Below are positions 10,101-18,890 of a DNA stretch of 64,000 nucleotides, piece after piece (within the stretch, counting starts at the first letter, position 1; every line of letters starts with the position of its first letter). Source of the stretch: Magnetococcales bacterium (lineage in GTDB: Bacteria > Pseudomonadota > Magnetococcia > Magnetococcales > UBA8363); assembly GCA_015228975.1 (NCBI GenBank), contig JADGCN010000002.1:6323-70322 (forward strand), written 5' to 3'. Made by a program: the position numbers and the translations under genes. The notes beneath the pieces are model-generated. The model saw nothing but the letters and a program-made list of their open reading frames with translations, had not been told where the DNA came from and ran no database searches.

Positions 10101-10501
10101 TCATGCTTCAAGATGGTGACCATCTTATTATTCCGCAGCGGACTGATGAGGTCACTGTCATGGGCGAGGTCTATTTTCCCACTTCCCACCAATTCATTGG
10201 AGACAAGGATCTGGAAGCCTATATTCAGGCCAGTGGTGGTTATACCAGCAATGCGGATGATAGCCGGGTTTATGTCGTTCGGGCGGATGGCCGGGTGACT
10301 TCGAAAAAACAGCCCGGGAAATTTCCTGTTGTCGGCTGGTTTTCGTCCAGCAACGCCATTACAATCGGACCGGGGGATACCGTTGTTGTCCCTATGAATG
10401 TCGAAAAAGTGGCCCCCATGGTTCTTTGGAAAGATATCACCCAAATTTTGTATAATTTGGCCGTTACTTCCTCCGCCCTGAAGTCGGCTGGTGCCCTGTA
10501 A
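7157..10501 (+). CDS. Very large outer-membrane polysaccharide export (OPX/Wza-KpsD-like) protein with multiple SLBB domains
   Basis: Signal peptide MKRMLLTFGILTLCFSIVMG from ATG 7157. Poly_export-like block (YVIGPGDTFRLLFSG..VAVDGEGMVFVPDMGMFPVTGL). At least five repeats of the SLBB pattern (G.V..PG.Y......L..L...AGG). Contains a charged low-complexity insert at about 8866-9440. Confidence 0.85.
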   Translation: MKRMLLTFGILTLCFSIVMGSDALTLSNLSGQSLANINDPKTLKMLQGAKPGLVNPQDYRRDNRRRDKPDTVKNPEEIPAELLETPEKKPAPFYVETYPEDLPIFGQDLFVDKYRNAPVKDVTATVPGDYVIGPGDTFRLLFSGKDFKEVEVAVDGEGMVFVPDMGMFPVTGLRFNEFKTLLVSQTKQKLIGYELTHVALSSLRTMKIFLLGNVKNPGTHQVPSLTSLMQLLIETGGILPVGSLRNVQIKRNGVPDKTVDLYNVLLSGKGDGEIRLQDGDTVFVPMIGNTIALTGTVKKPAIYEIAKEETIADIAQLAGGFLPNAQFIKIERIDDNKNRTIVDLNLAKKESLRTAIRSGDIVHVLPSSDSRKETVTLTGYIDRGGVFQWYKGMRLSDIIPSPDILLPQTDLSHYLVVRTNMKNRQLEPLSANLERALSDRASADNILLQPNDQIQLFSISADHSKNLQSVVEKLRNQGRFNNTDKLVSIEGNVRFPGEYPYVPNMSLKQLIMASGDMRSNTDLDYCLIVRSDYMGRIQPFSVRLREVFGMEGVAKNIALKPKDKILVFTLDEKQKVKNSDNNSEKGMPADESEEKNTVFSGTSKENSRKIPGQNVQGLDIDQWSIDALKKAKDKKGNIQEQNEEHEEADGQKLPKQPGSAKGVDIALENEEMENVLVGFLLKNSTSDPVENRSNEAYRNQLVDPALHENQSRLLQLLLKKRDLRQMVREELQPVKEKAVKSRQALLKPVLEKLQDQATKEFPAQIIQIGGAIRYPGKYPLEPGMRISNLLLAGGGLAEPAYHLEAEINHFEVDDNQFTRMHHASVNLFKITQGDPTMDQALQPYDIIIVKQNPKWGDINSVMLEGNVRFPGIYPIQAGERLTQVLKRAGGLTELAYPEAAVFTRTKLIEKEKRENESLIARMETQLVQSQYMKQTEKESDTLNPNSAMIHELIAKLKTAKPIGRLAIDMNQVMSNPGGQYDVMLQDGDHLIIPQRTDEVTVMGEVYFPTSHQFIGDKDLEAYIQASGGYTSNADDSRVYVVRADGRVTSKKQPGKFPVVGWFSSSNAITIGPGDTVVVPMNVEKVAPMVLWKDITQILYNLAVTSSALKSAGAL

Positions 10502-10549
10502 TTCTGGATGCATCGTTTCTCTGGACTCTTCTGCCGCCAAATCCTGGTG

Positions 10550-10591
10550 ACCCCTTTAAGCCTCACTGTTCCATGTTCGGGGCTTAAAGGG
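10550..10591. other. Perfect 12-bp inverted repeat (stem-loop) in the 228-nt spacer after the exporter gene
   Basis: CCCCTTTAAGCC (10550-10561), 18-nt loop, GGCTTAAAGGGG (10580-10591). No T-run follows on either strand. Confidence 0.6.
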
Positions 10592-10729
10592 GAGGATCTG
10601 TTGACCCGCCAAAATATCGTCCTCCGAACGCACAAAATCCCTCCAGTTGCGTATCGTATTTGTGTTACCATCCATCTGAGATTCGTTAATGAGGCAGCTA
10701 TGACGTCCATCGTGAAATAGGATATTGCA

Positions 10730-12793
10730 ATGAAAAATTTGTGGTCGGAGGAAGCGGCGCAACAATGGGTTGTTCAATACGCACCTCGTTGGGGTGAACC
10801 TCTGGCCCTGAGAACTTACTCAAGCAGACTGTTGGGCAGTCATCCCGAATTGGTACTTCATGGCGGTGGTAATACCTCGGTCAAAGGGGAAGTCACGGAT
10901 ATTTTTGGTCAAACCATAGCCGGTGTTTTTATCAAGGCTTCTGGGGTCAATCTGGCGCAATGCTTACCAACCGATCACCCGGCACTCAACCTGAATGCCC
11001 TGCAGAAACTCACATTGTTGGACACTCTGTCGCCCTCTGCCATGGTGAATCAATTACGTTTAAACCTGTTTGATTCAGGCGCTCCGACTCCTTCGATTGA
11101 AGCGTTGCTGCATGCTTTTCTGCCCCCGGTTTTCATTGATCACACCCACCCTGACGCTCTCCTGACACTGGGCAATCAACCGGATGGTCGTCAGCGTCTT
11201 ACAGATGCCTTGGGGTCCGATTGTATCATTCTGGACTATATCCACCCTGGATTTGAATTGGCCAAAGCGGTTCTTGCCGCCTGGAAGGCCCAACCTAACG
11301 CCACCGGGATGGTTTTGCTGCATCATGGTCTGCTGACCTGGGGCGATTCGGCGCGGGAATCCTATGAAGCGACGTTGGCGCTGGTGAATCGTGCCGAACA
11401 GGCCATTAACGCCGTTGCCCAAAAAGTATTGCCGGTTCCAACACCGGCAGCCCTCTGGTGGGAATTGGCTCCTGTCCTTCGCGGTGCTTTGGCCGTACAT
11501 GCCGAAGATTCTAACCGTTCGTATAAAAGTTATATCGTACGTTCTTTGGATGATTCGGAAACCTTGAGTCTGTTGCACCAACCGGATGCCGCCAAGCTTT
11601 TTGTCAGTGCTCCATTGACCTCGGATCATCTGATTCGTTGTAAGCCATGGCCATTGTGGATTGATAATCTTGGGGAAATCAGGGAGGCGGTACAACGTTA
11701 CCGGGAAGACTACCACAATTATTTCCTGCGCCATGCCGCATCGTTGGAAGGTTCGGTGCAGCCATTGGATTCATCGCCCCGGGTGGTATTGATTCCTGGT
11801 GTTGGTGGGTTTGTTGCGGGAGAAAGTGCCCATTTGGCCGATGTCGCCCGGGACATTACCCGACAAACTCTCAGGGTCAAAACCGATATCGCCCGCATGG
11901 GGAGTTATTGCGGTCTTGAGGAACAACACCTGTTTGCCATGGAATATTTTTCATTGCAGCATGCCAAGCTTGTCCGCCATGAAACATCAGGACTTCAGGG
12001 GTGCGTGGCCATCGTGACCGGGGCTGCCGGGGCGATTGGTTCCGGTATTTGTCGCAGGTTGCTCCGGGAAGGGGCGCATGTTGCCGCAACCGATTTACCG
12101 GGGGATGCCCTGGACACTCTGGTGCAGGGGCTCGCCAAGGGAACACCCGGTCGCATCATGGGCGTGGCCATGGATGTGACGGATGAAGTCTCAGTGGCCC
12201 AAGGGATCCAAAAAATTGTACAAACGTGGGGGGGAATCGATTGCGTGATTATCAATGCGGGACTCGCCCATGTGGCTCCTCTCGCATCCTTGGGATTGGA
12301 AACATTTCGTAAGCTGTACCGCGTCAATGTCGAAGGAACCTTGCTGTTGTTATCGCATATGGCCAGGCTGTTTGAACGGCAGCGAACCGGGGGGGATGTC
12401 GTGGTGATTTCGACAAAAAATGTTTTTGCCCCGGGAGCCAGCTTTGGTGCTTACAGCGCCACCAAGGCGGCATCGCACCAACTGGCTCGCATTGCGTCTC
12501 TGGAACTGGCCCCCTTGGATGTTCGGGTCAACATGGTGGCCCCGGATGCCGTTTTTTCGGATGGTGCCCGTAAATCGGGGCTGTGGGCTGAAGTCGGTCC
12601 CGACCGGATGCGCGCCCGCGGCCTGGATGAAGCGGGGTTGGAAAATTATTATCGCAATCGTAATCTTCTGAAAGCCCAGGTGACTGCTGACCATGTTGCC
12701 AATGCGGTGCTGTTTTTTGTGACCCGGCAAACCCCCACGACAGGTGCGACCATCCCGGTGGATGGGGGGTTGCCCGATGCCACACCACGATAA
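10730..12793 (+). CDS. Bifunctional class II aldolase / short-chain dehydrogenase fusion protein
   Basis: 687 aa. N-terminal aldolase/adducin-like half (LVLHGGGNTSVK..VFIDHTHPDA). C-terminal SDR half (AIVTGAAGAIGSG..NAG..YSATKAA). Architecture matches rhamnulose-1-phosphate aldolase/alcohol dehydrogenase-type fusions. Confidence 0.85.
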   Translation: MKNLWSEEAAQQWVVQYAPRWGEPLALRTYSSRLLGSHPELVLHGGGNTSVKGEVTDIFGQTIAGVFIKASGVNLAQCLPTDHPALNLNALQKLTLLDTLSPSAMVNQLRLNLFDSGAPTPSIEALLHAFLPPVFIDHTHPDALLTLGNQPDGRQRLTDALGSDCIILDYIHPGFELAKAVLAAWKAQPNATGMVLLHHGLLTWGDSARESYEATLALVNRAEQAINAVAQKVLPVPTPAALWWELAPVLRGALAVHAEDSNRSYKSYIVRSLDDSETLSLLHQPDAAKLFVSAPLTSDHLIRCKPWPLWIDNLGEIREAVQRYREDYHNYFLRHAASLEGSVQPLDSSPRVVLIPGVGGFVAGESAHLADVARDITRQTLRVKTDIARMGSYCGLEEQHLFAMEYFSLQHAKLVRHETSGLQGCVAIVTGAAGAIGSGICRRLLREGAHVAATDLPGDALDTLVQGLAKGTPGRIMGVAMDVTDEVSVAQGIQKIVQTWGGIDCVIINAGLAHVAPLASLGLETFRKLYRVNVEGTLLLLSHMARLFERQRTGGDVVVISTKNVFAPGASFGAYSATKAASHQLARIASLELAPLDVRVNMVAPDAVFSDGARKSGLWAEVGPDRMRARGLDEAGLENYYRNRNLLKAQVTADHVANAVLFFVTRQTPTTGATIPVDGGLPDATPR

Positions 12794-12808
12794 CGGCATA
12801 TTACTCCC

Positions 12809-15800
12809 ATGTATTCGCCCCGTCGCGACAAAATCAGATTATTGGATGAAGAATTGTTTCACAATCTGACCTCGTTTTCCGAACTTGAGGCCAGAATTTT
12901 CAGTTTGGATGATCCAGAACGGCGGAAAAGTGCTTTTGCCATTTTTGCCGAAGGTTTTTTGGCCTTGCGTTCCATGCCAAGAAGCGCGGAAATATTGCCA
13001 ACCCATCGGTTGCATGATAATCATTATCATAATCTTTGTATTCCCAAGACCTTGACCGGGGTTGATGGGCTTTTGTTCATGGCCGAGAGTGGTTGTCATC
13101 CCTACCATCTCCTGTTGCATGATCCACGATCGGAAGTTTCTGCGGAAACAATGGCCCCGTTTGCGCGTCTTTTGGAGCAAAGCCATTGGCCCCTGCTGTT
13201 TACCAATCTGCGTCAACTTCCCATGCATTGGTTGGAGCGTGATGGATTCCAACACATCACCGGAAATCAACTGGATGGATTGACCATTCCATGGTTTTCC
13301 TATTTTTTGCGTTGGTTGCAAAGTGGTACGCCATCCCGGCGCCCCACCTTGCCGTCAGAACCCATGAGCGAAATGATGCAACGCGTTCGCGCAATTGTTC
13401 CGGGTGTGGCCACGGTAACCTTACCGGATGGACCCATTCAGGATGAGTGGCTGTTTCACCTGGCGGTGAGCCCTGGACCCAAACGAATGACCTTGATTTT
13501 GACCCCGGGGGCGGGCCGCATCCTCGATCTGTTGCACCACTGGCGCAGACTGACGCCTCCAGTGCCATTATCATGCCTTTGGGTTGTTTCGGGAAAGGAA
13601 TGGGATAAAAGTGAAAATCTTCTTCCCGGGGAGATGGATTTTCTTCGGGTCCAGGATGTTGCAGGCATCCGTCACTTTTTGACCAGTCGTGATGGCAATC
13701 CCAGGATTCTCTGGGCGACTTTCGCCGCCATTCCCATGTTGAAAAAGGCGCAATTGGGACTATCTCCCTTTGAGCTGACAGTGGTACTCGACAGTCATGT
13801 GCTGGCCCAACAGAGCAAATTGTATGAAACACTTTTGGCGCAAGAATTTCCCGTATCGCGGTTGCGCCTGCATGTGACTTCATTGCCACGCTGCACGACC
13901 CCATTTAAAAAAAATCGCCAGGAGCAGCCCGTTACCCTGTTCGCCATGGAAGACGATCAGCGGTTTGGTATTCCCGTTCGCTTCAGCATTGCGCCGAAAC
14001 ACCGCGAATCCTTTGCGGGGCGGGATTGGAAATTGGTTGTGGTACCTATCCAAAGTGACATGTTGCATCATCCAGAAACCTGTGTGGTCCATGCCCTGTC
14101 GCGCTCGCGTACAATTCAGCCCAACATCCATCATGTTCACATTCCACTGGATTGGAATGTTTCCGATACGGTTTCGGTGTCTGACCTCGGGGAGTTCGTT
14201 ACGAGAACCAGTAACACAGCATGGGATGTCCTGACTTGGTCTAAAGAGGTGCGCCATTTTTCCCGGTTGGATCGGGCACTCCTGCGTATTGCTTCGATTC
14301 CTGGCCCTGTTCGCCATCTGGCAACGTGCGATTTGGCCTTGTTATCGTTTGATCCCGGTCAGGTCACTGCCTCGATTTACGAACGTCTGAGCGCCATCAT
14401 GCGTCCCCATGCGGAGGCACGCACGGGGATTGCCGCTTCCTTGGTGGTGATTGATCACATGTTTGAAGATGCCGAATCTTCCATGCGTCCCGACCTCGCT
14501 GCCCTTTGTCTGGTGGTGCAAGCGTTGCGCGATATGGATCCCGAATTTGATCAGGCATTCTTTGAGGCGCGCCGGCATCGAGGTCGTACCGGTTCATTCA
14601 ACCTGGAACCCCTGCGGCGTTGGTTGCACGTTGCCGATTCCGGCACCAATGACGGTGCGAACAAATTATTGGAATGGTTGCTGACCACCCTGACTTCTCC
14701 ATGGGATCAATCTTTGGGAGAATTCATGCGCTTCCATGAACAATGGGGTTCTGCCGAGGTTGCGGAAGCGGGGGATGATCATTCCCAACTTGCGGCTTGG
14801 GTAGAAGTGCAACGCCGGGCGCGGGTCAAAGGCTGGCTGACTCGGGAACACATCACGCAACTGGATGCGTTGGGATTTGTCTGGGATCCGAAAAAATTGG
14901 CCTGGGAACGCATGCTGGCTGCGTTGAAAATCTTTCAGGCCCGTCATCGGCATTGCAATGTCCCTGATCCCTATCCCGAAGTGGATGCTTTGCCCCTGTG
15001 GGTCAAGCAACAGCGCCGGGATCTCCTTCAGGGACGTTTGCTTCCGGTTCAGAAGGAACAATTGGATGCCCTGGGATTCATTTGGGATCTGGAAGCCTGG
15101 GAATGGGAACAGTGTTATAGCCGATTGCTCCGATTGAAGCCTGTGACCAACCCTGCCAGGATCACCGTGCCATGTCACCAGGATCCTGAGTTGGGGGAAT
15201 GGGCTGATCGTCAGCGTCTGTTATGGCAAAAAGAACGTTTGGATGAAAATCGACGCCAGCGCCTGGAGGCCGTTGGTTTTGTCTGGGATCTGGAGGCGAC
15301 CGAATGGCAAGAGCAATTTCAAAGATTCCGGATGATCGTGGTAACATTGGGTCGTTGGCCGGGCATCGATCATCCGATTTTGGATGAATTGCGTCCATGG
15401 TTGGAAGAGCAACGACAATTAAGGGCCAAAAATCGCCTGCATCCCGCCCGTTGTAATCAACTCAATGCATTGGGTTTCATCTGGTCAACACGACAAGAAC
15501 AGTGGCAACGGTTGTTTGATCGCTTTGTCTCTTTCAAACGACTCCACGGCCATGGCCTCGTTCCTGAGCGGTATTCCGAGGATCCAGAGCTCTCTTCCTG
15601 GGTCCAGGATCAACGGCGGGACTATCGGCGTCGGGTCATGGTTGAAGAGATCCATAGCCGATTGGCCATGGTAGGCTTCGTTTTTGATCCACAAGCCTAC
15701 CATTGGGACAGGATGCTGGCTCTCTTTGAACGTTACCAACGTCACCACGGTGATGATGATCCCGTGGCGGTGAACCCGCTGTACGCCCCTCTGAAAGATT

Positions 15801-16912
15801 GGATGGCCAGTCAACGGCGCATGCAGATGTCGGGTCGGTTGCCGGAAACAGAGCGGGACAAACTGACCCGGTTGGGTTTTGTTTGGGACCCGGCGGCCAA
15901 ACATGAACAAACAATGCTCAATGCCTTACGTCGTTTCATGGAACAATACGGTCATTGTAACATTCCTGCCGATTACAACCACCCGCCCACCTTGTCGAGC
16001 TGGGTCCGAAAACTTCGGACCCGCGGGATAACGGGCGGATTATCCCAGGAATTGATTGATCATCTTGATCTGATGGGGTTTATCTGGGACGCACGCGAGG
16101 CCGAATGGCAGGAAATGTTTCATGCCCTGAAGCAATTCAATCAGGAACGCCACCATTGTATTGTTCCCGATCCTTACCCGGTTCATCCCAGGCTGCCGGC
16201 TTGGGTCAAAAATATTCGTAAAATTTATAAAAACAATGCATTGGATAAGGAAAAAACGGAAAGCCTCAACCAATTGGAGTTTGTTTGGGACGAAAAGGCC
16301 GTTTTTTGGGAAGAAATGTTTGTCGCCCTGGCAGCGTATCATGATCGATTTGGACACAGTTTGGTGCCGGAAAATGATAGCCAACATGCGCGACTGGCTT
16401 GGTGGGTTGCGGCGCAGCGCAAGGCCAGGGCTGGGGGGCAGTTGGATGAAAAACAAATCCAACGCTTGGATCGGCTCCATTTCGTCTGGGATATCCATAG
16501 TGCCCAATGGTTGGAAATGTACCGGGAGTTGTTCTTCTTCCACCAACGTCACGGCCATTGCCTGATCAAAAATGATTCTCCACATCACACCCGCTTGAAT
16601 GACTGGTGTGCCATTCAGCGCAAGGCCAGAATGATGGGAAATCTATCCGAGGAAAAACAGGCGCGTCTCAACACCTTGGGGTTCATTTGGGATGCCAAGG
16701 AAATGGTCGCTGCCGAAATGCTGATGTACCTGGAACAGTATAAGGAACGTTTTGGTCATTGTAATGTTCCGGCACAATGGCCAGAAAATCCACAATTGGG
16801 ATTATGGTTGCAGTTCCAGCGCCAATCCTATCAGAAAGGTCAACTGGATCCTGAACGGCGCTCCAAATTGGAAGAGATGGGAATCCTTTGGGATGAGGGA
16901 GATAAACGGTGA
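12809..16912 (+). CDS. Helicase-associated (HA) domain repeat protein with a degenerate nuclease/helicase-like N-terminal half
   Basis: 1367-aa uninterrupted ORF. The C-terminal 736 aa are 11 tandem copies of about 67 aa of the pattern W..ML..L..F....GHCNVP.......L..WV..QR......G.L......L..LGF.WD (HA domain, PF03457-like). The N-terminus LTSFSELEAR..ERRKSAFAIFAEGFL resembles the head of COG4889-type predicted helicases. Confidence 0.85.
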   Translation: MYSPRRDKIRLLDEELFHNLTSFSELEARIFSLDDPERRKSAFAIFAEGFLALRSMPRSAEILPTHRLHDNHYHNLCIPKTLTGVDGLLFMAESGCHPYHLLLHDPRSEVSAETMAPFARLLEQSHWPLLFTNLRQLPMHWLERDGFQHITGNQLDGLTIPWFSYFLRWLQSGTPSRRPTLPSEPMSEMMQRVRAIVPGVATVTLPDGPIQDEWLFHLAVSPGPKRMTLILTPGAGRILDLLHHWRRLTPPVPLSCLWVVSGKEWDKSENLLPGEMDFLRVQDVAGIRHFLTSRDGNPRILWATFAAIPMLKKAQLGLSPFELTVVLDSHVLAQQSKLYETLLAQEFPVSRLRLHVTSLPRCTTPFKKNRQEQPVTLFAMEDDQRFGIPVRFSIAPKHRESFAGRDWKLVVVPIQSDMLHHPETCVVHALSRSRTIQPNIHHVHIPLDWNVSDTVSVSDLGEFVTRTSNTAWDVLTWSKEVRHFSRLDRALLRIASIPGPVRHLATCDLALLSFDPGQVTASIYERLSAIMRPHAEARTGIAASLVVIDHMFEDAESSMRPDLAALCLVVQALRDMDPEFDQAFFEARRHRGRTGSFNLEPLRRWLHVADSGTNDGANKLLEWLLTTLTSPWDQSLGEFMRFHEQWGSAEVAEAGDDHSQLAAWVEVQRRARVKGWLTREHITQLDALGFVWDPKKLAWERMLAALKIFQARHRHCNVPDPYPEVDALPLWVKQQRRDLLQGRLLPVQKEQLDALGFIWDLEAWEWEQCYSRLLRLKPVTNPARITVPCHQDPELGEWADRQRLLWQKERLDENRRQRLEAVGFVWDLEATEWQEQFQRFRMIVVTLGRWPGIDHPILDELRPWLEEQRQLRAKNRLHPARCNQLNALGFIWSTRQEQWQRLFDRFVSFKRLHGHGLVPERYSEDPELSSWVQDQRRDYRRRVMVEEIHSRLAMVGFVFDPQAYHWDRMLALFERYQRHHGDDDPVAVNPLYAPLKDWMASQRRMQMSGRLPETERDKLTRLGFVWDPAAKHEQTMLNALRRFMEQYGHCNIPADYNHPPTLSSWVRKLRTRGITGGLSQELIDHLDLMGFIWDAREAEWQEMFHALKQFNQERHHCIVPDPYPVHPRLPAWVKNIRKIYKNNALDKEKTESLNQLEFVWDEKAVFWEEMFVALAAYHDRFGHSLVPENDSQHARLAWWVAAQRKARAGGQLDEKQIQRLDRLHFVWDIHSAQWLEMYRELFFFHQRHGHCLIKNDSPHHTRLNDWCAIQRKARMMGNLSEEKQARLNTLGFIWDAKEMVAAEMLMYLEQYKERFGHCNVPAQWPENPQLGLWLQFQRQSYQKGQLDPERRSKLEEMGILWDEGDKR
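14702..16909 (+). repeat. 11 tandem, diverged, roughly 201-nt coding repeats (HA domain array)
   Basis: Each unit ends in LGF(V/I)WD or a variant (ALGFVWD, ALGFIWD, AVGFVWD, ALGFIWS, MVGFVFD, RLGFVWD, LMGFIWD, QLEFVWD, RLHFVWD, TLGFIWD, EMGILWD). 2208 nt divided by 11 gives about 67 codons per unit. Confidence 0.85.
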
Positions 16913-17949
16913 AAAAGGGGGATCCCATCGGTGGCCAGGTTACTGATCAGTCAACGATACTTTCAATGATTCACCAGGCGTGTGCTGAAAGCCAACAGAT
17001 ACGTCTACTTATGGACCATCAGTTCCTGGAATATGTCACCCATTTTAAAACTGGTACCGAACCGGATGAATTTTTATATCTCCATGTCGGGGGTTTGGTG
17101 CCCCGCGTTGGCAATATTAAAATTCGCAAAAGTCATGTGATTACCATCACCTTCCTGATTGCCGACCGTGTTGCGGAAACCAAGGTACGCTTTCTGCGGG
17201 CGGTGACCAAAGAGATGTTTCGTCTGTCTTTTCCCAAATATGTGAAAATGATGGCGCAAAAGCGTTCAGCCGTCCGGGTCGCTCCCGGGTCCGCCATGAA
17301 GATTTCACTCACCATCATCCGGTCCGATGGGATGGAATTGGCGGCCCAATTGGTGGACATCAGTGCCGAAGGCTTGTCATTCCTCTTTGAAAAATCAGAG
17401 TACTACCTCCCCAAGGAGGCATCCGTTCAAGTCGTGCTTTCATGTGAGGATGGATGCTTCCACACTACTGTGGATGCCATGGTTGTAGGTCATGTATCGC
17501 GGGATATGGTTGAAGGGTATCGGGCCAAATTTATTTTTACCACTGTGGACCAAAGCATGCGGATCGGGGAATTGGTCGCTGGCATCCAAAGCCAAATTTT
17601 ACAACATCGTATCCAGGTATCTGGTGAGGAAAAGATCAAAACCTGGGAGGTGAAAACATTGGGTAAGGAGGATATTTCGACCTCATCCTTTGAGGATTGG
17701 CATGATCGATATTACAGTCAATGGATGGATAAAGCTTATTTTGCCGCATGGATCGGAAACATCCTGAGTATGTGCGCGGGATTCTTGATTGCCTTGAATC
17801 TTTATGTTCATTGGGCGTATCCCCTTTTAATCGTGGCCTCATTGGTGATGGGGATGGGATTATCGGCACGGCATCGCTCGTTTCCTCTTTTGTTTGTTGG
17901 TTTCATTCTGTTATTAGGCGTCATTGGAACCATGCGTGTGTGGTGGTAA
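16909..17949 (+). CDS. Membrane-anchored PilZ-domain (c-di-GMP receptor-type) protein
   Basis: 346 aa. The GTG start overlaps the upstream stop (GTGA). PilZ signature RxxxR (QKRSAVRV) followed by DxSxxG (DISAEGLSF). Hydrophobic C-terminal helices (AAWIGNILSMCAGFLIALNLYV, LLIVASLVMGMGL, LLFVGFILLLGVIGTM). Confidence 0.75.
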   Translation: MKKGDPIGGQVTDQSTILSMIHQACAESQQIRLLMDHQFLEYVTHFKTGTEPDEFLYLHVGGLVPRVGNIKIRKSHVITITFLIADRVAETKVRFLRAVTKEMFRLSFPKYVKMMAQKRSAVRVAPGSAMKISLTIIRSDGMELAAQLVDISAEGLSFLFEKSEYYLPKEASVQVVLSCEDGCFHTTVDAMVVGHVSRDMVEGYRAKFIFTTVDQSMRIGELVAGIQSQILQHRIQVSGEEKIKTWEVKTLGKEDISTSSFEDWHDRYYSQWMDKAYFAAWIGNILSMCAGFLIALNLYVHWAYPLLIVASLVMGMGLSARHRSFPLLFVGFILLLGVIGTMRVWW

Positions 17950-18083
17950 TCCGTGCTGATCACAGGATGTGGATTGCAACATGTTTGTATCTTTGGTTGG
18001 CTCGTCATCAGTGGTATGATTCGGCCCATGGAATCGTTTGATTGATCCTGCCTTGTTGACCCTTACTGCTGACGGAGAGTCGG

Positions 18084-18830
18084 ATGACCCAGAAACATGT
18101 CCTAGTTACCGGTGGTATTGGTGGTATTGGTACTGCTATCGTCAAATATTTTGCACGGGATGGCTACAAAACCGCCGCAACCTATGCCCCCTTTGAAAGG
18201 GAAAAAGTTAAGCCATGGCTGGAGATGATTGAAAAGGAGGTATTGGAAGTCCATCTGTTTGAAGTGGATGTTGCCGATTTTGAATCCTGCCATGCGCTGT
18301 CTCACAAGGTGGCGGCAGAATTTGGCGCTGTGGATGTACTGGTCAATTGCGCCGGTATCATCCGCGATTCGGTGTTCAAAAAAATGCCCTTCGAAAACTG
18401 GGATCAGGTGATGAAAGTTAACCTGTATAGCATTTTTAACGTGACCCGGCATTTCTTTGAAGCCATGCTGATTCGCAAATGGGGACGGGTGATCAACATC
18501 ACCTCAGTCAACGGGCAAAAGGGACAGTTTGGCCAAGCCAACTATTCTGCAACCAAAGCGGGTGCCCACGGTTTGACCATGGCTTTGGCGCAGGAGGGGG
18601 CCAAATACGGAGTTACCGTCAACTCAGTCGCTCCGGGGTATACGGCTACGGAAATGATGCTTCAGGTTCCCGAGGCTGTTTTGGACGATATCAAAAAACA
18701 TATTCCAATGGGTCGATTGGCCAGGCCTGAGGAAATTGCCGCCGCAGTGTTGTTCCTGGCTTCTGAAGATGCCGCATTCATAACCGGTGTGAATCTGGAT
18801 GTGAACGGCGGCCAGTGGATGCACCACTGA
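18084..18830 (+). CDS. phaB: Acetoacetyl-CoA reductase-like SDR
   Basis: 248 aa. VTGGIGGIG and SVNGQKGQFGQANYSATKAG..GLTMALAQE..GVTVNSVAPGY closely follow the PhaB/PhbB pattern. Confidence 0.8.
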   Translation: MTQKHVLVTGGIGGIGTAIVKYFARDGYKTAATYAPFEREKVKPWLEMIEKEVLEVHLFEVDVADFESCHALSHKVAAEFGAVDVLVNCAGIIRDSVFKKMPFENWDQVMKVNLYSIFNVTRHFFEAMLIRKWGRVINITSVNGQKGQFGQANYSATKAGAHGLTMALAQEGAKYGVTVNSVAPGYTATEMMLQVPEAVLDDIKKHIPMGRLARPEEIAAAVLFLASEDAAFITGVNLDVNGGQWMHH

Positions 18831-18890
18831 TCGTACTGCCGATAAAAGGTGTTTTCCCTTTTGCGTTTGATCGGAAGCATCTCAGTGCCT

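Noticed and set aside
10508-10720. 70-aa plus-strand ORF filling the spacer between the exporter and the aldolase/SDR gene
   Set aside because: It has no Shine-Dalgarno sequence, it spans the perfect hairpin, its composition is atypical, and I recognise no family. I treat the region as non-coding.
14702-16909. Periodic 201-nt repeats as a possible CRISPR, satellite or assembly artefact
   Set aside because: The repeats are in frame within one long ORF and are conserved at protein level but diverged at nucleotide level. There is no spacer/repeat alternation. They are protein domain repeats.
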